Positions 37,576 to 50,327 of a stretch of DNA of 64,000 nt are shown here, piece by piece. Each line of letters begins with the position of its first letter. Within the stretch, counting starts at the first letter, position 1. The DNA is taken from positions 2,418,001 to 2,482,000 of the forward strand of contig NC_043023.1 of NCBI RefSeq assembly GCF_006345805.1, given 5' to 3'. The DNA comes from Octopus sinensis. Its lineage: Eukaryota. The position numbers were made by a program, and so were the translations under genes. The notes under the pieces were generated by a model. It had not been told where the DNA came from and did no database searches. It saw nothing but the letters and a program-made list of their open reading frames with translations.

Positions 37576-39233
37576 TTAACCCATTTGTTACCAACCCGGC
37601 TGAAACCGGCTCCAGCTTAGTAGTACAAATGTCTTGTTTTCATAAGTTTTTAATTAAAATCTTCCACCAAACCTTAGTGACAATTTATGTTCCTAACACT
37701 AGCTTAATGGTAACTAAGTTATTTTACTAAATTCTTTGTTATATTTAACCCTTTTGATACCAACCTGGCTGAAACCACCTCTGGCTCTGAGTACAAATGT
37801 CTTGTTTTCATAAGTTTTTAATTAAAATCTTCCACCAAAACTTAGTCACAATTTATGTTCCTAACACTAGCTTAATGGTAACTAAGTTATTTTACTAAAT
37901 TCTTTGTTATATTTAACCCTTTTGATACCACCCTGGCTGAAACCACCTCTGGCTCTGAGTACAAATGTCTTGTTTTCATAAGTTTTGAATTAAAATCTTC
38001 CACCAAAACTTAGTCACAATTTATGTTCCTAACACTAGCTTAATGGTAACTAAGTTATTTTACTAAATTCTTTGTTATATTTAACCCTTTTGATACCAAC
38101 CTGGCTGAAACCACCTCTGGCTCTGAGTACAAATGTCTTGTTTTCATAAGTTTTGAATTAAAATCTTCCACCAAAACTTAGTCACAATTTATGTTCCTAA
38201 CACTAGCTTAATGATAACTGAGTTATTTTACTAAATTCTTTGTTATATTTAACCCTTTTGATACCAACCTGGCTGAAACCACCTCTGGCTCTGAGTACAA
38301 ATGTCTTGTTTTCATAAGTTTTGAACTAAAATCTTCCACCAAACCTTAGTCACAATTTATGTTCCTAACACTAGCTGAATGATAACTGAGTTATTTTACT
38401 AAATTCTTTGTTATATTTAACCCTTTTGATACCAACCTGGCTGAAACCACCTCTGGCTCTGAGTACAAATGTCTTGTTTTCATAAGTTTTGAATTAAAAT
38501 CTTCCACCAAAACTTAGTCACAATTTATGTTCCTAACACTAGCTTAATGATAACTGAGTTATTTTACTAAATTCTTTGTTATATTTAACCCTTTTGATAC
38601 CAACCTGGCTGAAACCACCTCTGGCTCTGAGTACAAATGTCTTGTTTTCATAAGTTTTGAACTAAAATCTTCCACCAAACCTTAGTCACAATTTATGTTC
38701 CTAACACTAGCTGAATGATAACTAAGTTATTTTACTAAGTTTTTCGTTATATTTAAAATAATTGAAAGAAACACAGAGCATAGGCACAGGAGTGGCTGTG
38801 TGGTAAGTAGCTTGTTTACCAACCAAATGGTTCCGGGTTCAGTCCCACTGCATGGCACCTTGGGCAAGTGTCTTCTACTATAGCCTCGGGCCGACCAAGG
38901 CCTTGTGAGTGGATTTGGTAGACGGAAACTGAAAGAAGCCCGTCGTATATATGTATATATGTATGCGTGTGTGTGTTTGTGTGTCTGTGTTTGTCCCCCT
39001 AGCATTGCTTGACAACCGATGCTGGTGTGTTTATGTCCCCGTCGCTTAGCGGTTCGGCAAAAGAGACTGATAGAATAAGTACTGGGCTTACAAAAGAATA
39101 TGTCCCGGGGTCGAGTTGCTTGATTAAAGGCGGTGCTCCAGCATGGCCGCAGTCAAATGACTGAAACAAGTAAAAGAGTAAAAGAGAGAGTATAGAGAGC
39201 ATCTAAAAATAAATACAGTAATGAAAGGGTTAA
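37576..39233 (+). mobile_element. piggyBac-like MITE carrying a 7x168-bp tandem array and a SINE A insertion
   Basis: TTAA|CCC start and AAAGGG|TTAA end; AACCC anchors at 37747, 37915, 38083, 38251, 38419 and 38587; SINE at 38780-39190 with AGAGCAT TSD. Confidence 0.8.
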
Positions 39234-39898
39234 GCTAGCTCCTACAGAGGGTCAATTGGGCCTTTGGCCCAAAACTAAAGAGAGCAATAATAATAATCTT
39301 TTCTGCTAAAGGCACAAGGCCTGTAATTTTGGAGGAGGAGATTAGTCAATTACATCGACCCCAGTGTTTCACTGGTACTTAATTTATTGACCCTGAAAGG
39401 ATGAAAGGCAAAGTCGACCTCAGCTGAATTTGAACTCAGAATGTAGCAACAGGATTAATATCATTAAGCAGGTCATTCTGTGTGCTGAATGAAAAACTTG
39501 TAAGTTCACAGAATTTTGAATTTTCAACTGTTAGCATATAACAAATCCTCATCCGGATCTGATCCCAATGCTGGATGGCTAAGAACCAAATGAAGGGCAG
39601 ATTTTCAATCCTGCAAATCATTCTAATTTCAAAAAGGTATAATATGTCTATGTAAAGCAAATGTAGACTAAGATACAGGGGTCCCGGACAGACGGACAGA
39701 ATTTTATACTCTCTCTCTTTCAGTCATTTGGCTGTGGCCATGCTGGAGCACCGCCTTTAGACAAGCAGGATTTGTTCTTTGTAAGCCTAGTACTTGTTCA
39801 ATCGGTCTCTTTTGCTGAACCACTAAGTTATGGGGATGTAAACACACCAGCATCGGTTGTCAAGCGATGTTGGGGGGACAAACACAGACACACAAACG

Positions 39899-39940
<42 letters not shown>

Positions 39941-41299
39941 CGACGGGCTTCTTTCAGTTTCCATCTACCAAATCCACTAACAAGGATTTGGTCGGCCCGA
40001 GGCTATAGAAGACACTTGCCCAAGGTCCCACACAGTGGGACTGAACTCAGAACCATGTGGTTGGTAAACAAGCTACTTACTACACAAACATATACACACA
40101 CATACATATATTCATATATACGGCAGGCTTCTTTCAGTTTCCATCTACCAAATGACAACTGATGTTGGTGTGTTCACATCCCCGTAACTTAGCGGTTCGG
40201 CAAAAAGAGACCAATAGAATAAGTACTAGGCTTACAAAGAGTAAGTCTTGGGGTCGATTTGCTCGATTAAAAGCAGTGCTTCAGCATGGCCGCAGTCAAA
40301 TGACTGAAACAAATAAAAGAGTAAATTAGTAAAAGAGAGTGAAATTCCGGGGTAGATTTAATCCTTTGTCTGTTGTGTGTATCACAAACAATTCACAGAA
40401 CATATTGCTCCGGCGTTCATTGATCATATATGATACATGTTCCTAGTTTTTTTTCAAAGAATGGAGAAACTTGAAACTTATGGAAGGAAAGCTTTATATT
40501 AATTGTTGTTGTTTGTTCCTTCTCAAGCCATGCCTGGCTCATAGGGCCAGTTTCCCGGTTTCCTTGGCGTATAGGTTCCCCACCTGGATGATGAGACACC
40601 AGTCTGTCGCAGGTGAGCTGCAAGATGCAGGAGGAAAGAGTGAGAGAAAGTTGTGGCGAAAGAGTCAGCAGAAGTTCGCCATTACCTTTGGCCGGAGCCG
40701 CGTGGAGCTTAGGTGTTTCGCTCATAAACACACACATCACCCGGTCTGAGATTCGAACCTGCAATCCCTTGACCGCGACCGCGAGTCCGGTGCTCTAACC
40801 ACTAAGCTATGTGCCTCCACTTTATATTAATTACTCAGAATGAATTAAACAAGGGCCAACTAAAAGTTTGAAGACAAGCATGGATGTTTAGGATAAACTT
40901 ATGGAAATGCTTTGGATAGGCAAATGGTTATCTTTGCCATAAAACATCCTTGATGTCAAAGGAATCACAAGAGAAGATTAGAACCAACATTACCTTTCAT
41001 CTTTCTGGCATTGATGAAATAAAGTACCCCAGTTAAACTACCTCAGTGAAATACTGGGGTAGATTTAATCTTTTTGTCTGTCCTAATAATCCCAAAGGAT
41101 ACACAAGACATATTTTCCTGGCATCCATGCATCGTATCTGATATACATTCCCAATCTTTCTTCAACCACCAGAGTGACTTGGGACTTATGAAAGGAAAAC
41201 AGGAAAGCTTTATGAATTACTCAGAATGAATTGAACAAGGGTTAACTAAAATTCTGAAAATAAGCTTGGATGCTAAGGACAAACTTAGGAAAATGCTTT

Positions 41300-44200
41300 A
41301 GACAAGCAATAGGTTAAACCAGATTCTACTAAGTTTTGTATGAGCCAATGAGGGAGGTTTGTAGAAAATAATGCAGGGTAGTTCAAACGTGGGTAACAGT
41401 TATGAAAAACGAAAGCATTATCACACTTATTGTATTTCGTTTTTATCGCATTCCTGTTTTACAAACGTTATTTCAATTAGTAAACTGTTAATTGTTGTAA
41501 AAATTTGTCTTCACTCGGATCTATTTCCACTCTTTGCTCTTGAAACAAAAGGTACGTATCCTTGAGATTATTTTATACAGAGCTTCGTCTGCAATCCAGC
41601 AAGGACCGCTTCTACTGATTTTTTTCGAAAATCGAGATTGGGTCCTGTTGAGCAGTGCGAGAAATGAAATGAGTTGTTCTCACATGTGGGCTTTACTCAT
41701 TCACCTGTTAAATGCACGCAAAGATTTCACGAAAATGCTGTAGTAATTAGGAATGAAAACGAAGACGTTTTTTATTGCTGGGCATAAACCTTTTTTTTTA
41801 CATTGGTTGGTCACGTTAGGGCGTCCATTTTGTTATCTTATATAGTCAACAATTTTTTCTTATATAGTCGTTTTTTATAGGAACTATAATAATAATAAAT
41901 GTATCTTTTTTTTTTTTATTTGATAATAACTTTGACTGGCGCTAAAAAATGTGCATTATTCACCTAAATTGTTTGCAGAAAATAATGCAGGGTTCAAACG
42001 TGGGTAACAATTATGAAAAACGAAAGTATTATCCCATTTATTGTGCTTCGTTTTTATTGCATCCCTGGGCCCTAAAAAATGTGCATTATTCACCTAAATT
42101 GTAGAAAATAATGCAGGGCTGTTCAAATGTGGCTAACAATTATGAAAAACGAAAGCATTATCACACTTATTGTATTTCGTTTTTATTGCAATCCAGTTTC
42201 AATTAGTAAACTGTTAATTGTGGTAAAATTTTTGTCTTCACTCGGATTTAATTCCACTCTTTGGACTTCAAGCAAAAAGTACGTTTCCTTGAGATTATTT
42301 TTTCTTTGAATATTCCACAACCAACAATTCCTAAACTATTTCTATGTCAAGTTTAACATTTCACTTTGTATTATTTATCGTTTTGCTCATAATGTTCATA
42401 CTTGAAAATATGTCGTTACCGTAACAATATTACGGAAAACTTCCTTTAAAGGTTGCTCTATACACCAAAGACTTAAAAATTTATTCAATTTTTGGTCTCT
42501 TTGACTACAATTGGTCCCATGGTTTTATGACAGACTATTCTGCGAGTTTATATTTTCGTTTTATACCATCATGGTTTACATTAATATTGATTCTACTTCG
42601 CTTCTGGTATTATATAACTTAGTAATTAACTTAGAACACCCAGTGCCTTTCAACCATTATACCATTAAAAAACACTTCAGAATATTTCTTAGAGTTATCC
42701 TTATTTTTCGATTCAGTTAATGTTTACGTCCGACTTTTTCCCTCGTAACTTTTAGGAAAATAGGGGTTTTTTCAATGAAATTTTATAGAAAAACCTTTCA
42801 AACGGCATACATTACGATTATAAAGAAATTTGTAGGGAAAATCTTTTCCAAGCAGGTATGGAGAGGACTTCAGAAAATTCACAAGATCCGAGATTTTCTT
42901 TCATAACCTTTGGGAAAATGGTGGTTTTTTTCAATGGTAAAAACCCCCCATTTTATAGAAATACCCTTCAAATGGCATACATTACGATTATAAAGAAATT
43001 TATGGGGAAAATCTTTTCCAATCGGTTGGCGAGAAGACTGTGTGGTAAGAAGCTTACTTCACAACAACATAGCCCCAGGTTCAGTTCCACTGAGTGGAAC
43101 CTTGAATCTCGTCTGCTGTAACTACGGGCTGACCCGTGAGTGGATTTGGGGGACAGAAACAGAAAAAAACTTGTTGTGTGTATATATAATCTTATAAAGC
43201 TGAAGTTTTCTGTGTGTATGAACAATTCTATAAGACCGCAATTATTTTCTGAATCATTCATCCAATTTCATTGAAATTTTGTACAGAGCTTCGTCTGCCA
43301 TCCAGCAAGGGCCTCATCTACTGATTTTTTCGAAAATCGATATTGGGTCCTGTTGAGCAGTGCGATACGTGAGATGAGTTGTTCTCACATGTGAGCTTTA
43401 CTCAATCACCTGTTAAGTGCACGCAAAGATTGCACAAAAATGCTGCAGTAATTAGGAATGTAAACAAGACATTCTTTATTGCTGGGCATAAAACATTTTC
43501 TTTAGCAAATTTTCAAAAGGTTTTTTTTACATTGGTTGGTCACGTTAGGGCGTCCATTTTGTTATCTTGTATAGTCGACAATTTTTTCTTATATAGACGT
43601 TTTTGATATGAATCATAATAATAATAAATTCATCTTTTTTTTTAATTTGATAATAACTTTGACTGGTGCTAAAAAATGTGCATTATTCACCTAAATTGTA
43701 GAAAATAATGCAGGGCTTTTCAAATGTGGCTAACAATTATGAAAAACGAAAGCATTATCACACTTATTGTATTTCGTTTTTATTGCATTCCTGTTTTACA
43801 AACGTTGTTTCAATTAGTAAACTGTTAATTGTGGTAAATTTTTTGTCTTCTCTCGGATTTATTTCCACTCTTTGGACTTCAAGCAAAAAGTACGTTTCCT
43901 TGAGATTATTTTTCTTTGAATATTCCACAACCAACAATTCCTAAACTATTTCTATCTTAAGTTTAACATTTCACTTTGTACTATTTATCGTTTTGCTCAT
44001 ACACCAAAGACTTAAAAATTTATTCAATTTTTGGTCTTTTTGACCACATATAATCTTATATATATATAAATAAATAAAGCTGAAGTTTTCTCTGTGTGTG
44101 ACAGTTCCATACGACCGCAATTATTTTCTGAATCATTCATCCAATTCCATTGAAATTTTGTACAGAGCTTCGTCTGCCATCCAGCAAGGACCCCATCTCC

Positions 44201-46370
44201 TTATTTTTTCGAAAATCGATATTGGGTCTTGTTGAGCAGTGCGAAAAATGAGATGAGTTGCACTCACATGTGAGCTTTACTCAATCACCTGTTAAGTGCA
44301 CGCAAAGATTGCACTAAAATGCTGCAGTAATTAGGAAAGAAAACGAAGACGTTTTTTATTGCTGGGCATAAACCTTTTTTTTACATTGGTTGGTCACGTT
44401 AGGGCGTCCATTTTGTTATCTTATATAGTCAACAATTTTTTCTTATATAGTCGTTTTTTATAGGAACTATAATAATAATAAATGCATCTTTTTTTTAAAA
44501 TTTGATCAATAACTTTGACTGGTGCTAAAAAATGTGCATTATTCACCTAAATTGTAGAAAATAATGCAGGGCTTTTCAAATGTGGCTAACAATTATGAAA
44601 AACGAAAGCATTATCACACTTATTGTATTTCGTTTTTATTGCATTCCTGTTTTACAAACGTTGTTTCAATTAGTAAACTGTTAATTGTGGTAAATTTTTT
44701 GTCTTCTCTCGGATTTATTTCCACTCTTTGGACTTCAAGCAAAAAGTACGTTTCCTTGAGATTATTTTTCTTTGAATATTCCACAACCAACAATTCCTAA
44801 ACTATTTCTATCTTAAGTTTAACATTTCACTTTGTACTATTTATCGTTTTGCTCATACACCAAAGACTTAAAAATTTATTCAATTTTTGGTCTTTTTGAC
44901 CACATATAATCTTATATATATATAAATAAATAAAGCTGAAGTTTTCTCTGTGTGTGACAGTTCCATACGACCGCAATTATTTTCTGAATCATTCATCCAA
45001 TTCCATTGAATTTTGTACAGAGCTTCGTCTGCCATCCAGCAAGGACCCCATCTCCTTATTTTTTCGAAAATCGATATTGGGTCTTGTTGAGCAGTGCGAA
45101 AAATGAGATGAGTTGCACTCACATGTGAGCTTTACTCAATCACCTGTTAAGTGCACGCAAAGATTGCACTAAAATGCTGCAGTAATTAGGAAAGAAAACG
45201 AAGACGTTTTTTATTGCTGGGCATAAACCTTTTTTTTACATTGGTTGGTCACGTTAGGGCGTCCATTTTGTTATCTTATATAGTCAACAATTTTTTCTTA
45301 TATAGTCGTTTTTTATAGGAACTATAATAATAATAAATGCATCTTTTTTTTAAAATTTGATTAATAACTTTGACTGGCGCTAAAAAATGTGCATTATTCA
45401 CCTAAATTGTTTGCAGAAAATAATGTAGGGTTCAAACGTGGGTAACAATTATGAAAAACGAAAGTATTATCCCATTTATTGTGCTTCGTTTTTATTGCAT
45501 CCCTGGGCCCTAAAAAATGTGCATTATTCACCTAAATTGTAGAAAATAATGCAGGGCTGTTCAAATGTGGCTAACAATTATGAAAAACGAAAGCATTATC
45601 ACACTTATTGTATTTCGTTTTTATTGCAATCCAGTTTTACAAACGTTGTTTCAATTAGTAAATTGTTAATTGTGGTAAAATTTTTGTCTTCACTCGGATT
45701 TAATTCCACTCTTTGGACTTCAAGCAAAAAGTACGTTTCCTTGAGATTATTTTTCTTTGAATATTCCACAACCAACAATTCCTAAACTATTTCTATGTCA
45801 AGTTTAACATTTCACTTTGTATTATTTATCGTTTTGCTCATAATGTTCATACTTGAAAATATGTCGTTACCGTAACAATATTACGGAAAACTTCCTTTAA
45901 AGGTTGCTCTATACACCAAAGACTTAAAAATTTATTCAATTTTTGGTCTCTTTGACTACAATTGGTCCCATGGTTTTATGACAGACTATTCTGCGAGTTT
46001 ATATTTTCGTTTTATACCATCATGGTTTACATTAATATTGATTCTACTTCGCTTCTGGTATTATATAACTTAGTAATTAACTTAGAACACCCAGTGCCTT
46101 TCAACCATTATACCATTAAAAAACACTTCAGAATATTTCTTGTTTTTCGATTCGGTTAATGTTTACATACGAGTTTTACTCACATAACTTTTTGGAAAAT
46201 AGGGTTTTTTTTTTTAATGAAATTTTATAGAAATGCCTTTCAAACGACATACATTATGATTATAAAGAAATTTTGGGGGAAAATCTTTTCCAAGTGGGTG
46301 GAGAGAGGACTTCGCAAAATTCACAAGATCCGAGCTTTAGGAAAATGGGGTTTTTTATTCAATGAAATTT
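41300..46370 (+). repeat. Complex macro-tandem array (856-bp and 985-bp periods plus a ~3.44-kb-spaced duplicated block), probably Helitron-derived
   Basis: Identical ORFs at 43708 and 44564; near-identical ORFs at 42511 and 45962; units carry an ATCTTATATATATATAAA..GCTGAAG Helitron-like 5' motif. Confidence 0.85.
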
Positions 46371-46826
46371 TTATATACATAGGAGTGGCTGTGGTAAGTA
46401 ACTTGCTAACCAACCACATGGTTCTCGGTTCAGTCCCACTGCGTGGCACCTTGGGCAAGTGTCTTCTACTATAGCCAAGGGCCGACCAAAGCTTTGTGAG
46501 TGGATTTGGTAGACGGAAACTGAAAGAAGCCCGTCGTATATATGTATATATATATGTGTGTGTTTGTCCCCCAACATCACTTGATAACCGATGCTGGTGT
46601 GTTTACGTCCCCGTAACTTAGCGGTTCGGCAATAGTGACCGATAGAATAAGTACTAGGTTTACAAAGAATAAGTCCTGGGATCAGTTTGTTTGACTAAAA
46701 GCGGTGCTCCAGCATGGCCACAGTCAAATGACATATATATATATTAGAAGAAATGAGGTACTCAGAAATTCGGATGGTTTTATATTTACAGATATTTATT
46801 TGTATATTACATGTTTTTATACATCA

Positions 46827-47342
46827 CTAGCAGTATCGCCCGGCGTTGCTCGGGTTTGTAAGAGAAATAACTATATAAGCATTTTTAGAGAGTTACTTCC
46901 CTTATAGATGCCAATTCGGGCTTTCTTAGCCATTTCTGTTTTGGTGTCTTCAAGCCATGAAGTCGTTGTTCTAAAAGAACGCTGGTCTCCTTGACAACGC
47001 ATTACGACGTTGATTTCCTTACACTCCCTTCCCCACAGCTTCACGAGGGAGGGAAGAAGGGGGAGAAGCAACACAGGTGCAGGTGTTTGAGCGTGAACGC
47101 CAACTCCGCCGCCATCGACACACGAAAAATTATGCATTAAAATGGAATAAAAAATTATGTTAAATCATTTTTAAAATCGTAGACTCATCGTTGACGCGCG
47201 CTAATAGCCAGACGGGCTCGATATGAATCACGACTATAAGATACTCGAATTTGGTTAAACTGCACCGCAAAATGTGGGAGTAGTTAGGAATCTAAATCGA
47301 AGGGGACAGACACTCACACAACTACAGTTTTATATATAAAGA
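46827..47342 (-). mobile_element. Non-autonomous Helitron with a GC-richer internal segment
   Basis: TC...CCCGAGCAACGCCGGG hairpin...CTAG on the minus strand; homologous to 58359-58744 at both ends. Confidence 0.85.
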
Positions 47343-47391
47343 TATAACTTAGATCATGTATTAGCGCTTTCTCCCATTCTAGTGGGGATTT

Positions 47392-48188
47392 CGGATCTTT
47401 TGTTTTTGAACGGCACATGTCAACACAATTTCTAGTTAACTAAACACTTCAAAACTTCGTATACTGGTAGAATGTGTCAAAATAAAACATTTTTTTCTCT
47501 TGGCTTTCTTGAGAAAATTGTAATTTGTTTGTTTAACGTAGTTTAATTTTTTCGAATTTTAACCAATGAATCGCCTCTATTGAGCTGAAATCATTTGCTG
47601 CGTCTAAAACTGAGACAACATCCCGTCACTAACCCTAAATCTAAACCTAACCCTAAATTTTAGCCTTTCGTTTTTTTTTTCTTAATTGTTAAATTGATTT
47701 AATTGTTACGCGTGTGTCTAAAATTATTCGTTTTGTTTTTGTTTTTGCTTTCGTTTTAGCCTTACGTTATGTATACGTACGGAAAACGTGTGTATAAAAT
47801 TATAGAATTATTTTGTTTGTTAATTGTTTAAATTATTTTCCATTGCTTTCATTTTAGCCTTTCGTTTTTTTTTTCTTAATTGTTATCCTTAAATTAATTT
47901 AACAATTAAGGAAAAAAAAAACGAAAGGCTAAAATTTAGGGTTAGGGTTAGTGACAGGATGTTGTCTCAGTTTTAGACGCAGCAAATGATTTTAGCTCAA
48001 TTAGAGGCAATCGATTGGTTAAAATTCGAAAAACTAAACTACGTTAAACAAATGAATTACAATTTTCTCAAGAAAGCCAAGAGGAAAAAATGTTTTATTT
48101 TGACACATTCTACCAGTATACGAAGTTTAAAAGTGTTTAGTTAACTACAAATTGTGTTGACATCTGCCGTTCAAAAGGAAAAGATCCG
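47392..48188. mobile_element. Fold-back/MITE-like element with ~310-bp terminal inverted repeats
   Basis: CGGATCTTTTG...GAACGGCACATGTCAACACAATT pairs with AATTGTGTTGACATCTGCCGTTC...AAAAGATCCG; contains TAACCCTAA/TTAGGGTTA motifs. Confidence 0.85.
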
Positions 48189-50327
48189 GGTTTTCAAATC
48201 AAACTAAGTTCCTGTGTGAAAAGTTTTGACCACTTTATGGTGGTATTGAATGTGTAGTGGTGGGGAGGAATATAAGACAGTACAAGAGGGTGATGGATGA
48301 GGAGAAAGTGAGAGAGAGAGAGTGTGTGTATGTGCTTTTGTATTTGGAAAGAGGGCTAAAGAAAAAGAGGGAGAGGGAAGAAGAAGAAAATAATTTTTTT
48401 GCTCTGCTGGACAGCCTGCTTACTCAAAGGGGGGTCTAAGATCTTGGGGAAAAAGAATTTCAGTTTTGACCATTTCATAGTGTTATTGAGTGTGTGGTGG
48501 CAGGGAGGTAGACCATAAATTATATTTCCTTTTTATCATTGTGAATGTGTGTGTGTGTTTAATGAGGGATGGTCAAATGGTTTATATATGTGTATATATA
48601 TATATATATATTCCAGTGGGTGTTTTTGTGTCTTTGTTTGTCTCCCACCACTACTTGACAGCCGATGTTGGTATGTTTACATCCCTGTAACTTAGCTGTT
48701 GAGTAAAAGAGACTGATAGAATAAGTTCCAGACTTTAAAAAAAATAATAAGTACTGGGCTCGATTTGCTTGACTAAAATTCTTCTGGGTGGTGCTCCAGC
48801 TTGGCCACAGTCTAATGACTGAAACGAGTAAAATATAAACAATAGGCGCTGGAGTGGCTGTGTGGTAAGTAGCTTGCTAACCAACCACATGGTTCCGGGT
48901 TCAGTCCCACTGCGTGGCATCTTGGGCAAGTGTCTTCTGCTATAGCCCCGGGCCGACCAATGCCTTGTGGGTGGATTTGGTAGATGGAAGCTGAGGGAAG
49001 CCTGTTGTATATATATATATATATATGTCGAAAGACCCTTGTCCTACGTCCTGGTTTTGTTTTGTTGTTTATTTTTTATTTTTACCGTTATTGTTTTTAC
49101 GTTTTTGTATTCTTATTGGTGTCACGTATTCTGTATTTTTGTTTGTGTACTTCGTTCGTTTTCCGTCCTCGTGTTGTATACATTCGAAGCTTTCTTCCAG
49201 GGTATCTAATGCGCTTGGCTTAGATTTCCTTGGCGGGCTGGCCATATCGGAGCAATCTCAAGATTAATCAGCCGAAATTGCTAAGATGATCTGGTTCTTG
49301 ACTGATGACTGAGGGCTTCGAATGTCCCGTCCTGTGGTTCTTGTGTCGTCTCTGTGGTGTTTCATGTTCTTGTCCATGTCTGTAATTATATTTTACTGTT
49401 TACCTATATATATATATATTCGTCCCCCTAGCATTGCTTGACAACTGATGCTGGTGTGTTTACGTCCCCGTCACTTAGCGGTTCAGCAAAAGAGACCGAT
49501 AGAATAAGTACTGGGCTTACAAAGAATAAGCCCCAGGGTTGATTTGCTCGACTAAAGGCGGTGCTCCAGCATGGCCACAGTCAAATGACTGAAACAAGTA
49601 AAAGAGTAATAGAATAAGTACCAGACTTCAGAGAAAATCAGTGTTTGGGACAATTTGTTTGTCTGAAACCCTTCAAGGTGGTGCCCCAGCTTGGCCACAG
49701 TCAAATGAGTGAAACAAGTAAAATATCAGAGACAGCTAAAAAAAAAAGAGTGATTTTTATAAGATTCATGATGACCGATAATGGATGAGTGATTCTTAGA
49801 TGTAAAAGACGAGGCTAGGACTGAAGGAAATTGTATACGACAGGTGAGATACGACGGAATTAATGACAGACGACAAACTGGAATTAGGAGAATCAGATGA
49901 CGGAATATAGTATCCTGAAGACAGGCAACAGACGGGTGTAAATAACAGGTGACCAAAGGCAAAAATAGTATTTGAGAAAGTTAAGGTGGTGAGCTGACAG
50001 AATTGTTAGAACTTTGGGCAAAATGCTTCATGGCATTTTGTCTGTATTCTATGTCGTAAGTTTGAATTCTGCTGAGGTTGGCTTTATCTTTTGTCTTTTT
50101 GGGGGTTGATATAATAAGCACCAGTTGAGCATTGGGGTCGATATAATCTATAAGTCCCCTTTCCTTGAAATTGCTGATCTTTTTTGCCAAAATTTGAGGG
50201 CTGCCTCACTGGCTCCTGTGCTGGCAGCACATAAACATCCCCATTGGAATGTGGCCGATGCCAGTGCCCCCTGACTGGCTCCCATACTGGTGGCACGTAA
50301 AATGCACTTACCTTTCGACTTATTTTA

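Noticed and set aside
37576-38755. Regularly spaced repeats resembling a CRISPR array (also 59086-59486)
   Set aside because: The units are identical end to end with no unique spacers, there are no cas genes, and the context is eukaryotic.
43708-45785. Repeated 78-aa ORF MQGFSNVANNYEKRK...
   Set aside because: It lies within tandem repeat units, is truncated or frameshifted in other units, and has no recognisable domain.
47625-47950. TTAGGG/CCCTAA motifs as telomeric sequence (also near 62285)
   Set aside because: Only 1-3 units, embedded in repeat elements.
49215-49330. Hammerhead-like pieces (GGCTG...CAGCCGAAA, and CTGATGA...CGAATGTC)
   Set aside because: The first lacks CTGANGA and the second lacks GAAA; they may be relics but cannot be supported.
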